Below the pieces are notes generated by a model. The model searched no databases. It was given only the letters and a program-made list of their open reading frames with translations, and had not been told where the DNA came from. DNA of 56,782 bases, the filler included, from Callorhinchus milii (lineage: Eukaryota): NCBI RefSeq assembly GCF_018977255.1. It is 2 parts of 2 records of this genome, joined end to end, with 100 filler letters (N's around TTAATTAATTAA, not from the genome) between each part and the next. Parts side by side here need not be neighbours in the genome. Positions count along the whole stretch, not along the records: positions 1 to 28,346 come from NW_024705673.1; positions 28,447 to 56,782 come from NW_024705674.1. One strand, written 5' to 3'. A program made the position numbers and the translations under genes. Of this stretch, positions 25,493 through 38,243 are shown one piece after another. How positions within the stretch are numbered: position 1 is the first letter of the stretch; each line of letters begins with the position of its first letter.

Positions 25493-25572
25493 TGATAGCG
25501 GTGGGATACGAACCCACGTCCGCGAAGAGACTGGAGCCTAAATCCAGCGCCTTAGACCTCGGCCACACAATG
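25493..25572 (-). pseudogene. tRNA-Leu(TAG) pseudogene
   Basis: Minus strand GTGGCCGAG-GTCTAAGGCGCTGGATTTAGGCTCCAGTCTCTTCG...GTGGGTTCGTATCCCACCGCTATCA, with a D-loop deletion and acceptor-stem mismatches. Confidence 0.85.
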
Positions 25573-25838
25573 CCCTGTTTGCCCTTCTCTCCGAGATGTG
25601 TTATGTGTTATACCGACATATCTCACAATTCATGACAATTCACAATTAACAGTTTCTCCTGCCATGACAGAGAGCTGCGCCCATATTCGGACAGAATGTA
25701 CGCATTGCTTTCGTAAAAGAGCACCGACGTCAGCAAATTCATCAACAATTTCAACAACTATTCAGTCCACAATCAAACAAACCAGGTGCAGAAGCATTTG
25801 ATTTTCATAAATTTCCCGTTATTAATCAGCGCACTGAG

Positions 25839-25911
25839 GTTTTCGTAGTGTAGTGGTTATCATTTGCGCCTCACACTCGAATGGTCCCACCTTCGATAAC
25901 TGGCGGAAACT
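25839..25911 (+). pseudogene. tRNA-Val(CAC) pseudogene
   Basis: GTTTTCGTAGTGTAGTGGTTATCA...GCCTCACAC...GGTCCC...GGCGGAAAC, with a damaged T arm/B box. Confidence 0.85.
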
Positions 25912-26119
25912 TTTATTTAACTTTTATTAAGCAACAATTGGCAAATGCAATGCAGATCGCTTGGGTTACACATGGAACTCTATGGAATGGCACAGTGGAA
26001 ATGAAGCCATGAGAAGTGCTTGTTAAGGTTTTACAGTGGAAATTGAAAATAGATAGAGAGTGACTCGTGGTGATTGCGAGGTGACTGAAGATCATTCCAT
26101 CGGTGACAACGAAAGGACG

Positions 26120-26700
26120 GGACACACAGGGAAAGTGAGTGTTAGCTCAGAGCTGGTGGTGTGCATAGACTCACAGGGAAGGTCAGTGTTAACTCAGTGC
26201 AGGAGGTGGGCAGAGACAAACAGGGAAGAACAGTGTTAGCTCAGTGCTGGAGGCGGGCATGAGACACGCGGGAAGGTCAGTGTCAGCTCAGTGCAGGGGA
26301 TGGGCAGAGGCACACAGGGAAGGTCAGTGTTAGCTCAGTGCAGGAGGTGGGCAGAGACACACAGGGAAGTACAGTGTTAGCTCAGTGCTGTAGGCGGGCA
26401 GAGACACAGATGGAAGGTCAGTGTTAGCTCAGAGCAGGAGGAGTGCAGAGACACAAAGGGAAGTTCAGTGTTAGCTCAGTGCAGGAGGTGTGCAGAGACA
26501 CACAGTGAAGGTCAGTGTTATCTCAGTGCAGGAGGTGGGCAGAGATACACAGGAAAGGACAGTGTTAGCTCAGTGCAGGAGGTAGGCAGAGACACGCGGG
26601 GAAAGTCAGTGTTAGTTGAGTGCAGCAGATCGGCAGAGACATAGCAGTAAGCAAAGTGTTGGCTGAGGGCAGGAGTTGGGCAGAGATGTGTATATGAGGA
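26120..26700 (+). repeat. 47-bp minisatellite, ~12 copies (CACACAGGGAAGGTCAGTGTTAGCTCAGTGCAGGAGGTGGGCAGAGA)
   Basis: Unit starts at 26311 and 26358 give a period of 47. Confidence 0.93.
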
Positions 26701-26760
26701 AACCAGAGAGATAGCGATGTGCTGGGGTGTGAAAGCTTGTGATGCCGCTGACCTGGAAAG

Positions 26761-26985
26761 CAGCAGCAACAGCAACAACAAGTTGTAATCATAAAGCGCC
26801 CTCAACACAGTGTGGAGTCTCAGGCTGTCAGGTGGAGCCGAGGTGTGATGTGGTCAATGGAGGGCGCTGGTTGTGAGGTGGGGTAATGGAGTGGACATTA
26901 GGAGGAGTTGGACATCGTGGAATATGGAAATGTTGAGACCAGCGAGAAGTGCGTTTGAGCAGTCGATTCCCCGACCAGATGTGGT
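26761..26985 (-). mobile_element. Internally deleted L2 3' fragment
   Basis: (CAA)n tail followed by AAAGCGCCCTC. The translation IDCSNALLAGLNIS resembles the L2 RLDYCNSLLAGL motif. Confidence 0.6.
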
Positions 26986-27831
26986 AACCTTTTTCTGAAT
27001 TGAATAATCAATAGCCCTTTGTGAAAATCTTATCACATCCCGATCGACCACATTAACTTCACTGGTTAAACAGACGATTGAATTATAACCGCTGATCATT
27101 TATTCAACATAATCCATGTGTGTGGCTCTGAGGATGAAAACAGACTGAGTTATGGAACCGAAATGTCTTCCATTCCTCCTGCTCACTTTCCTCACCCGAG
27201 AGTTTGGACTTCATTCCTGTGTCTGAAATGAATATTTAAAATATAATATGCAATTGAAATTACAAATCAACTGAGACAACATTTTGTGCTCGTGCATTCA
27301 ATGACAAAATGCTTCACCGCCGGGATTCTCAATGATTGAGCAATCAACTGAGATGATTATGCGGATATCACTATCGTTTTCAAACAGCTGAATCCTTAAG
27401 TAAACCAACGAATTGTTTAAAACCAGCGAAATGTGTGCCTGCATTTCAATCTGAATCTCTGGATCTGCAAGATCATGAGCAACCGATGAGATAAACTTGT
27501 ATGCGTGTGGACATTGGCTGAGAAGTTCATAAATCAACAGTATTATAAATGGTCAAAATAAGCAAATGCCGTCCGGAAAAAATAACCACAGAGAAAAAAC
27601 ATGAAATCAAACTGGAAGACAACATCCATTGGTAAGTTTCAGCCCATCAGAAACTCATTGTAATGGTGACACAGAGGGAATTCCTCCGGCACTGTCTGCA
27701 ATGTTTACAATTAATTCAACTCTCGACACACAGATTATATGAAAGCTATATTGATATTCCAGCATAGTTCCCAGTGGTAATTACATACAATTCAATTTTT
27801 CTAAAGGTTCGTGAGCATATAATACGTGGTT

Positions 27832-28346
27832 TCCATATAGCGGGCCTGATCTCTGTATTAAAGCCCGGTCTCTCTATAGCGCGACTGGCCTTTGTATAAC
27901 AGACCTGATCTCAGTTTGTCGGGCTCGTCTCTTTATAGCAGGTCATGGTCGCTATAATAATAATAATAATACTCCTTGCATTTGATATAGCGCTTTTCAC
28001 GTCGGGAAGACGCCCCAAAGCGCTTCACAGAACACACTTTAAAGTGAATTGACTGCATATTTGTGGGCGAACGCGGCAGCAAATTGCGCGCAGCAATGTC
28101 CCACAAACAGTCTTAGATTGAAAATGAACAATTTATTATTGTTTTGGGTTTTGGAGGGATTATAATTCGGCTCTGTGTGGAGTAAGGAAACTTGCCTAAG
28201 GTTTCGCCCTGATCTGATCTGCTCTAACCATTGAGCTACAGGTCTCTGTATCGATGGCCTCGTCAATGTATAATTGGACTGGTATCTGTGTTAAAGGCCT
28301 GGTCTATATGTGTAACAGGCTTGGTCTCTACATAACAGCCTGGTCT
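27832..28346 (+). repeat. Degenerate ~20-bp tandem repeat (GGGCCTGGTCTCTGTATAAC-like) split by a SINE insertion
   Basis: Units are visible at 27832-27953 and again at 28240-28346. Confidence 0.65.
27954..28246 (-). mobile_element. tRNA/Deu-domain-like SINE with L2-type 3' tail and (TTA)n end
   Basis: Core GGGCGAACGCGGCAGCAAATTGCGCGCAGCAATGTCCCACAAACAGTC is shared with 18745-18989. The tail is TTGCATTTGATATAGCGCTTTTCACG...AAAGCGCTTCAC. Confidence 0.85.
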
Positions 28347-28446
28347 NNNNNNNNNNNNNNNNNNNNNNNNNNNNNNNNNNNNNNNNNNNNTTAATTAATT
28401 AANNNNNNNNNNNNNNNNNNNNNNNNNNNNNNNNNNNNNNNNNNNN
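28347..28446. other. Artificial contig/scaffold joiner: 44 N + TTAATTAATTAA + 44 N
   Basis: Exactly 100 bp and symmetric. The palindromic 12-mer places stop codons in all six frames. Confidence 0.97.
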
Positions 28447-28520
28447 GAAATCACTGATATAATCAATTGCAACTAATACATTAATCTAAAGAGACACAAA
28501 AACGTGCACATTCCAGGACT

Positions 28521-29337
<817 letters not shown>

Positions 29338-29669
29338 GTGACTGATTTTCAGAGCAGAGAAACTTCGTGGATGTCTGGCTCAAATCGCCAAAAAGCAACT
29401 CTCACTAACGTCTAACCGAGTCACAGTAACGTCTCGGAAGTCGGAATACACACGCGATTACCAGTTTATCCACTAACAAAGACACTTACTTGTTGATGCA
29501 CGGCGTATCGATGTCCCTGTAACCCGTCTGAAGAGATCGCCACGAACTCTCCCGAAGCAAAGTCCCCAACCAGTCGCCAAGCAATCGTGCTCGCCAGGCT
29601 GGGTCTCGTGGAAGAAGGGTTATCTGCAGAGCGGGAGTCGAGCGTCTATGCTCATCAAAATCCCTCTCG

Positions 29670-29910
29670 AAATGCCCTTGAGGTCTGATTTTAAGCCCTT
29701 TATAATTCCGCTCTAGCATCCAAATTCTTTGTTCTCGACTTGGCCTATTATGGAATTTGCATTCAATTGTTAATTTTTACATTAACAATCCGCATATCTA
29801 GCAACATAATACGTATGTACATATCACTGAATAATTGTACACTTCCGTTTGAATACGGATGTGCATCTCTATGCATAATTCCATGATTCGTGTTAATTTG
29901 CTAATATTCA
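29670..29910 (-). promoter_or_regulatory. Putative Pol II promoter of the ZF unit: TATA box, octamer and POU/Sox-like motifs (repeated in every unit)
   Basis: Minus-strand TATAAAGGG at ~29696-29704 and ATTTGCAT at 29755-29762, next to CAATTGTT. In copy 4, TATAAGG (38634-38640) lies 31 nt upstream of an Inr-like TCATTTC (A at 38609). Confidence 0.55.
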
Positions 29911-30821
29911 CCCCCAATGTCCTCTAAACTGCTGCAAGTTTAGAGGATGATAAAGTGACATACAGTCTGAAGTATCAAAATTGGTGATCTCGAGCTTGAT
30001 TTGGAATAAGATGTGCAAGTTTATACTGTACTGACTTTGTTTTATAAATATATTTAAGTACAATCGTGTTGAGCGGGGTGTTCTAGAAAACGAGTGTTTT
30101 ATATTAAAAATTCTGCCATTTGTTCGTGTAGTCGAACGCAATCCCTTTGTACTTACACTGCTGTGTATGTCCACTCGTGTGTGGGTGTGTGTACATGAGA
30201 GTGTATGTGTACTCGTGTATGATTATGTATTGGAACAAACAAATTATTTTTATATTGTGTCGTACAAATAATTGAGGGGCAACGTGGTAGGAATGCGCCA
30301 CCACAACAGGGAACTACAGGGATGAGACTCCCCGCTCGTGGTGCGAAATGAATGAAAACAGCGTAGAAACACATGCACACTCGTGTGTGAATGCACACCG
30401 CTGTATATACAGTCGTGTTTGGATGCACACTCGTGTGTGTATGTCTACTCGTCCGTGTTTTTTTAAAGGAAAACTATGGTAGCAATAACGTACGATCAGT
30501 CATCTTTAAAAACAGGTCTTTATTAATCTGCAAGAAAACTCACGTTAATACTCGTATCGAAATCTTTATTAATACGCAGGCTCAAACAGGAAAGGAACTA
30601 GGCAAATTATTTCCCAATAGGAATTCAACAGTTAAAATATATTCTTAAAATCAAACACGTAAACGTCGATTTCCCCTTTGACGTCCTTTTCGACTGAAGC
30701 CATTCGTCCAAAGTATAAAATTGTTGTCATTCTGAAATCCGTGAACACTTCTGGAACTTAAAGGAAGACATTCATCTGAACACATTATAGAGCATTCACA
30801 ACATCACTCTAGCTTGAAGTC

Positions 30822-31010
30822 CTAGAAATCACCGAAAATATATATGAGACACGAATACTCCACTACATCAAGCCATATCTCAGGATGCAACTGCATGGGG
30901 TCGAAAGAGGAATTTCGTTGAGGACTCATGACAACATTTTTACTCTTTGTTTGATGATGCCTGTGAAGTGTTGCTGACTGTGAAAATGCTTCCAACACAC
31001 AGAGCAATCA
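30822..31010 (-). pseudogene. Truncated relic of finger plus acidic repeat downstream of type-A copies (also ~33400-33595 and ~36940-37130)
   Basis: CVLEAFSQSATLHRHHQTK...MSPQRNSSFDPMQLHPEIWLDVVE. Confidence 0.7.
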
Positions 31011-31125
31011 AACGGTTTTGTTAAAATAATTACACTAGTTGGAGTAGTGCTGGAAATCACTGATATAATCAATTGCACCTAATACATTGATCTAACAGAG
31101 ACACAAACGTGCACATTCCAGGACT

Positions 31126-31862
31126 TTAACAGAAGTACTCAATACTTTGATTATCCAGCCACTCCAGCAGCCATTTCTCATTATCAACCTGCATGGGGTC
31201 GAAATAGGAATTGTCGTCAGGGCTCAGTACATCCACTACATCCACGCATCTCTCAGGATCCACCTGCATAGGTTCGAAAGATGCATTTTTTTCAGGACTC
31301 ATTGCAGCACTTTGTGTTTCACCTTTTGATTTCACTTTCCTATTATTGCTGATCTTCTCATGCTTGTTTCGGGGTGATGACCGTGTCCTCTCCAACGGAG
31401 AACAATTGAATGGCTTCTCGCCCGTGTGTGTTTTCTGGTGCCTGTGAAGATTGATTTCCGTGCAAATGCTTCCAGCACACAGCGCAATTGAATGGCTTCT
31501 CACCCGTGTGTGTTTCTGGTGACTGTAAGATTTGATTTCGTGAAAATGACTTCTCACACACAGAGCAATTGAATGGCTTCTCGCCCGTGTGTGTTTTCTG
31601 GTGATAAGATTGATTTCGTGAAATGCTTCCACACACAGAGCAATTGAATGGCTTCTCACCCGAGTGTGTTTTCTGGTGAGTGTGAAGATTTGATTTCTGT
31701 GAAATGCTTCTCCACAACAGAGCAATTGAACGGCTTTTCGCCCGTGTGTGTTTTCTGGTGAGTGTTAAGATTTGATGTCTGCAAATGCCTTCCACAAAGA
31801 GAGCAATTGAACCGCTTCTTGCCCGTGTGTGCGTGCCGCTGTGGAGAGTTTTTCTGCTCCAT
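31126..31862 (-). pseudogene. C2H2 zinc-finger gene copy 2 (5 fingers), multiple frameshifts
   Basis: Starts [14 protein letters not shown]. The fingers are split across frames and the protein ends [18 protein letters not shown]. Confidence 0.8.
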
Positions 31863-33706
31863 GTGACTGATTCTTCAGAGCAGAGTAACAGTCGCGGGTG
31901 TTGTTGAGAGTTAAAGGCACCTCTAAGGTGCGTGGATGTCTGGCTCAAATCGCCAAGAAGCAAACTCTTACCAACGTCTAACCGAGACACAGTAACGTAA
32001 GTCGGACTACACACGCGATTACCAGTTTATCCACTAACAAAGACACTTACTTGTTGATGCACGGCGTATCGATGTCCCTGTAACCCGTCTGAAGAGATCG
32101 CCACGAACTCTCCCGAAGCAAAGTCCCAACCAGTCGCCAAGCAATCGTGCTCGCCAGGCTGGGTCTCGTGGAAGAAGGGTTATCTGCAGAGCGGGGAGTC
32201 GAGCGTCTATGCTCAGCAAAATCCCTCTCGAAATGACCTTGAGGTCTGATTTTAAGCCCTTTATAATTTCGCTCTAGCATCCAAATCTTTGTTCTCGACT
32301 TGGCCTATTATGGAATTTGCATTCAATTGTTAATTTTTACATTAACAATCCGCATATCTAGCAACATAATACGTATGTACATATCACTGAATAATTGTAC
32401 ACTTCCGTTTGAATAAGGATGTGCATCTCCATGCATAATTCCATGATTCGTGTTAATTTGCTAATATTCACCCCCAATGTCCTCTAAACTGCTGCAAGTT
32501 TAGAGGATGATAAAGTGACATACAGTCTGAAGTATCAAAATTGGTGATCTCGAGCTTGATTTGGAATAAGATGTGCAAGTTTATACTGTACTGACTTTGT
32601 TTTATAAATATATTTAAGTACAATCGTGTTGAGCGGGGTGTTTCTAGAAAACGAGTGTTTTATATTAAAAATTCTGCCATTTGTTCGCGTAGTCGAACGC
32701 AATCCCTTTGTACTTACACTGCTGTGTATGTCCACTCGTGTGTGGGTGTGTGTACATGAGAGTGTATGTGTACTCGTGTATGATTATGTATTGGAACAAA
32801 CAAATTATTTTTATATTGTGTCGTACAAATAATTGAGGGGCAACGTGGTAGGAATGCGCCACCACAACAGGGAACTACAGGGATGAGACTCCCCGCTCGT
32901 GGTGCGAAATGAATGAAAACAGCGTAGAAACACATGCACACTCGTGTGTGAATGCACACCGCTGTATATACAGTCGTGTTTGGATGCACACTCGTGTGTG
33001 TATGTCTACTCGTCCGTGTTTTTTTAAAGGAAAACTATGGTAGCAATAACGTACGATTAGTCATCTTTAAAAACAAATCAGGTCTTTATTAATCTGCAAG
33101 AAAACTCACGTTAATACTCGTATCGAAATCTTTATTAATACGCAGGCTCAAACAGGAAAGGAACTAGGCAAATTATTTCCCAATAGGAATTTAACAGTTA
33201 AAAGATATTCTTGAAATCAAACACGTAAACGTCGATTTCCCCTTTGACGTCCTTTTCGACTGAAGCCATTCGTCCAAAGTATAAAATTGTTGTCATTCTG
33301 AAATAAGTGAACACTTCTGGAACTTTAAAGGAAGACATTCATCTGAACACATTATAGAGTATTCACAACATCACTCTAGCTTGAAGTCCTAGAAATCACC
33401 GAAAAATATATATAAGCGACACGAATATGACTCTCCAGCCACTCCACTATATCAAGCCATCTATCAGGATGCAACTGCATGGGGTCGAAAGAGGAATTTC
33501 GTTGAGGACTCATGACAACATTTTTACTCTTTGTTTGATGATGCCTGTGAAGTGTTGCTGACCGTGAAAATGCTTCCAACACACAGAGCAATCAAACGGT
33601 TTTGTTAAAAGAATTACACAGTTTGTAGTGCTGGAAATCACTGATATAATCAATTGCACCTAATAAATTGATCTAACAGAGACACAAACGTGCACATTCC
33701 AGGACT

Positions 33707-34451
33707 TTACCAGAAGTACTCAATACTTTGATTATCCAGCCACTCCAGCAGCCATTTCTCATTATCAACCTGCATGGGGTCGAAATAGGAATTGTCGTCA
33801 GGGCTCAGTACATCCACTACATCCACGCATCTCTCAGGATCCACCTGCATAGGTTCGAAAGATGCATTTTTTTAGGACTCATTGCAGCACTCTGTATTTC
33901 TCCTTTTGATTTCACTTTCATTGCGGATCTTCTCATGCTTGTTTCGGGGTGATGACCGTGTCCTCTCCAACGGAGAACAATTGAATGGCTTCTCGCCCGT
34001 GTGTGTTTTCTGGTGACGATGAAGATTTGATTTCCGTGAAAATGGCTTCCCACACAGAGAGCAATTGAACGCCTTCTCGCCCGTGTGTGTTTTTTGGTGA
34101 GTGTGAAGATCTGCTTTACGGGCAAATGCCTTCACACAGAGCAATTGAATGGCTTCTCACCCGTGTGTGTTTTTGGTGATTGCGAAGAGTTGATGAATCT
34201 GCAAATGCCTTCCCACACACAGAGCAATTGAATGGCTTCTCGCCCGTGTGTGTTTTTTGGTGACTTTGAAGAATTGTTTTCCATGCAAATGCCTTCCCAC
34301 ACACAGAACAATGGAATGGCTTCTCGCCCGTATGTGTTTTCTGGTGTCTGTTAAGAGTTGATTTCCGCGAAAACGCCTTCCCACACACGGAGCAATTGAA
34401 AGGCTGCTCACCCGTGTGTGCGTGGCGCTGCGGAGAGTTGTTCTGCTCCAT
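33707..34451 (-). pseudogene. C2H2 zinc-finger gene copy 3 (5 fingers), frameshifted
   Basis: ORF 34116-34451 has 3 clean fingers, and 2 more lie in ORF 33872-34144. The acidic tail follows. Confidence 0.8.
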
Positions 34452-37244
34452 GTGACTGATTCTTCAGAGCAGAGTAACAGTCGCGGGTGTTGTTGATTAT
34501 TAAAGGCAAACTCTAAGCTGTGTGGATGTCTGGCTCAAATCGCCAATATGCAAATTCTTACCAACGTCTAACTGAGACACAGTAACGTCTCGTAAGTGTT
34601 GATGCACGGCGTATCGATGACCCTGGAACCCGTCTGAAGAGATCACCACGAATTCTCCCGAAGCGAAGTCGCCAACCAGTCGCCAAGCAATCGTGCTCAC
34701 CAGGCTGGGTCTCGTGGAAGAAGGTTTATCTGCAGAGCGAGGAGTCGAGCGTCTATCCTCAGCAAAATCCCTCTCGAAATAACCTTGAGGTCTGATTTTA
34801 AGCCCCTTATAACTTCGCTCTCGCATTCAAATCCTTTATTCTCAACTTGGCCTATCATGGACTTTGCATTCAATTGTTAATTTTTACATTAACAATCTGC
34901 ATATCTAGCAACATAATACATATCACTGCATAATTGTACACCTCCGTTTGAATAAGGATGTGCATCTCCATGCATAATTCCGTGCTTCGTGTTAATTTTC
35001 TAATATTACCCCCCAATGTCCTCTAAACTGCTGCAAGTTTAGAGGATGATAAAGTGACATACAGTCTGAAGTATCAAAATTGGTGATCTCGAGCTTGATT
35101 TGGAATAAGATGTGCAAGTTTATACTGTACTGACTTTGTTTTATAAATATATTTAAGGACAATCGTGTTGAGCGGGGTGCTTCTAGAAAACGAGTGTTTT
35201 ATATTATAATTCCTGCCGTGAACTTTGAATGATCATCTGAATGGTTTAGCTTGTAAGCATGGTTTATTATAGTGCCCATATTAAAGGTTTTTTGGGTTAG
35301 ATCGCTTAAATATATAAATGTGTCGTTAAAACCCGACACCACCCGACACAGCCAACTACTACGGATTGTCACGTAAACAGAACATGCAGATTTGTCACTA
35401 GTACAGCACACTGGTGTGTTGGAGAGCCAAGCCACAACATTTACAATCTGAGCACGACGTTTCGTCTGTAATTAAAACTAGCCTCATCAGTCGACAGCCA
35501 GATTTGGAAGTCTCACTGTTTCGTTCCTTATATATAAGCATAGATGTGTTGACCACGCAGCTGCGCTCTAATGAAGTACGCAGCCCTTTGTCGGCATGCA
35601 TTGTATTTAATGTTTTAATTTAAATACACATTGATATACTTCAGCGATCTAACCTAACAACCTCTATTATGGATGCTATTGGTCCCGAAATCCTACGTGT
35701 TAAACTCGTGTGTATGTGTTTATATTTTGGTCGTGTTTTTTTATGTCATTTCATTCAATATGGAGAGGTTACCAGCGCCTCGCACCCGTCCAGAGACCTC
35801 GTGGGCCTCTGTGGTGGCTACGAGACTTCCCACCAGGACATTGCTCACATCCACCGCAGCGTTACCGTCTGGCACCGCGGATGAGGTAGCGGAATGTTTT
35901 TGTACGAACTTTACTCGTGGCTGGGTAATACCAAACAACAGGGGGCTCGTGAAAAAAAATACTACTGTTTGTATGTACATAGATCTGTACTTTGTGTATG
36001 TCCAGTCGTGTGTTTATTTACACTCGTCGATGTGGATATGTATATGCGTGCATGTGTGTGTATAGGTATGTACAATAATTTGTTCGCACATTTGTTTGTG
36101 TAGTTAGAACGCAATCCCTTTGTACGTCAGACAAAGAAGTTAGGGGCAACGTGGTAGGAATGCGCCACCACAACAGAAAACTACAGGGATGCGACTCCCC
36201 GCTCGTGGTGCTAAATGAATGAAAACAGCGCCACTGAGCAGACAGAGCCCCGCCCCTACAGCTCGTGAGTGTGACGTAGTGAGTGTGACCAGCGGACTGC
36301 CACGATGCTGCCAGGTAAGGATAAACTTGTGTGATGGAGATGCTTCACCTGAAACTCGCCTCCACACGTGTTCGCTATGAACATTGTAGCAATAAGGGAC
36401 GATCAGTCATATTTAACATAGCAGGTCTTTATTGTTCTGCAAGTATATTAACGTTAAAACTCGTAGAAACACATGCACACTCGTGTGTGAATGTACAACG
36501 CTGTATATACAGTCGTGTTTGGATGCACACTCGTGTGTGTATGTCTACTCGTCCGTGTTTTTTTAAAGAAAAATATGGTAGCAATAACGTACGATCAGTC
36601 ATCTTTAAAAACAAATCAGGTCTTTATTAATCTGCAAGAAAACTCACGTTAATACTCGTATCGAAATCTTTATTAATACGCAGGCTCAAACAGGAAAGGA
36701 ACTAGGCAAATTATTTCCCAATAGGAATTCAACAGTTAAAAGTTATTCTTGAAATCAAACACGTAAACGTCGATTTCCCCTTTGACGTCCTTTTCGACTG
36801 AAGCCATTCGTCCAAAGTATAAAATTGTTGTCATTCTGAAATCCGTGAACACTTCTGGAACTTAAAGGAAGACATTCATCTGAACACATTATAGAGCATT
36901 CACAACATCACTCTAGCTTGAAGTCCTAGAAATCACCGAAAAATATATATGAGACACGAATATGACTCTCCAGCCACTCCACTACATCAAGCCATATCTC
37001 AGGATGCAACTGCATGGGGTCGAAAGAGGAATTTCGTTGAGGACTCATGACAACATTTTACTCTTTGTTTGATGATGCCTGTGAAGTGTTACTGACTGTG
37101 AAAATGCTTCCAACACACAGAGCAATCAAACGGTTTTGTTAAAATAATTACACTAGGTTGGAGTAGTGCTGGAAATCACTGATATTATCAATTGCACCTA
37201 ATACATTGATCTAACAGAGAAACAAACGTGCACATTCCAGGACT

Positions 37245-38233
37245 TTAACAGAAGTTCTCAATACTTTGATTATCCAGCCACTCCAGCAGCCATTTCTCAT
37301 TATCAACCTGCATGGGGTCGAAATAGGAATTGTCGTCAGGGCTCAGTACATCCAGCCATCTCGCAGGATCCAACTGCATGGGGTCGAAATAGGAATTGTC
37401 GTCAGGACTCAGTACATCCACTACATCCACGCATCTCTCAGGATCCACCTGCATAGGTTCGAAAGATGCATTTTTTTCAGGACTCATTGCAGCACTTTGT
37501 GTTTCACCTTTTGATTTCACTTCTCTTTCATTGCTAATCTTCTCATGTTTGTTTCGGGGTGATGACCGTGTCCTCTCCAACGGAGAACAATTGAATGGAT
37601 TATCGCCCTTGTGTGTTTTCTGGTGCCTGTAAAGATCTGATTTCCGTGCAAATGCCTTCCAGCACACAGCGCAATTGAACGGCGTCTCACCCGAGTGTGT
37701 TTTCTGGTGACTATAAAGATTTGATTTACGTGAAAATGACTTCTCACACACAGAGCAATGAACGGCTTCTCGCCCGTGTGTGTTTTTTGGTGACGGTGAA
37801 GATTTGATGAATCTGCAAATGCCTTCCCACACACAGAGCAATTGAACGGCTTCTCACCTGTGTGTGTTTTCTGGTGAGTGTGAAGAGTTGATTTCCGTGC
37901 AAATACCTTCCCGCACACAGAGCAATTGAACGGCTTCTCGCCCGTGTGTGTTTTCTGGTGAGTGTGAAGAGTTGATTTCTGTGCAAATGCCTTCCCACAC
38001 ACAGAGCAATTGAACGGCTTCTCGCCCGTGTGTGTTTTCTGGTGATTGCGAAGAGTTGATTTCTGTGCAAATGCCTTCCCACACACAGAGCAATTGAACG
38101 GCTTTTCGCCCGTGTGTGTGTTCTGGTGAGTGTGAAGATTTTGTTTCAGTGAAAATGCCTTCCCACAAAGAGAGCAATTGAACCGCTTCTTGCCAGTGTG
38201 TGCGTGCCGATGTGGAGAGTTTTTCTGCTCCAT
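37245..38233 (-). CDS. C2H2 zinc-finger gene copy 4 (7 fingers plus 3 acidic repeats), single 1-bp frameshift near 37757
   Basis: ORF 37517-38233 has 5 canonical fingers with TGEKP linkers. ORF 37245-37841 continues with 2 fingers and the tail. GAGCAATGAAC replaces the usual GAGCAATTGAAC. Confidence 0.8.
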
Positions 38234-38243
38234 GTGACTGATT

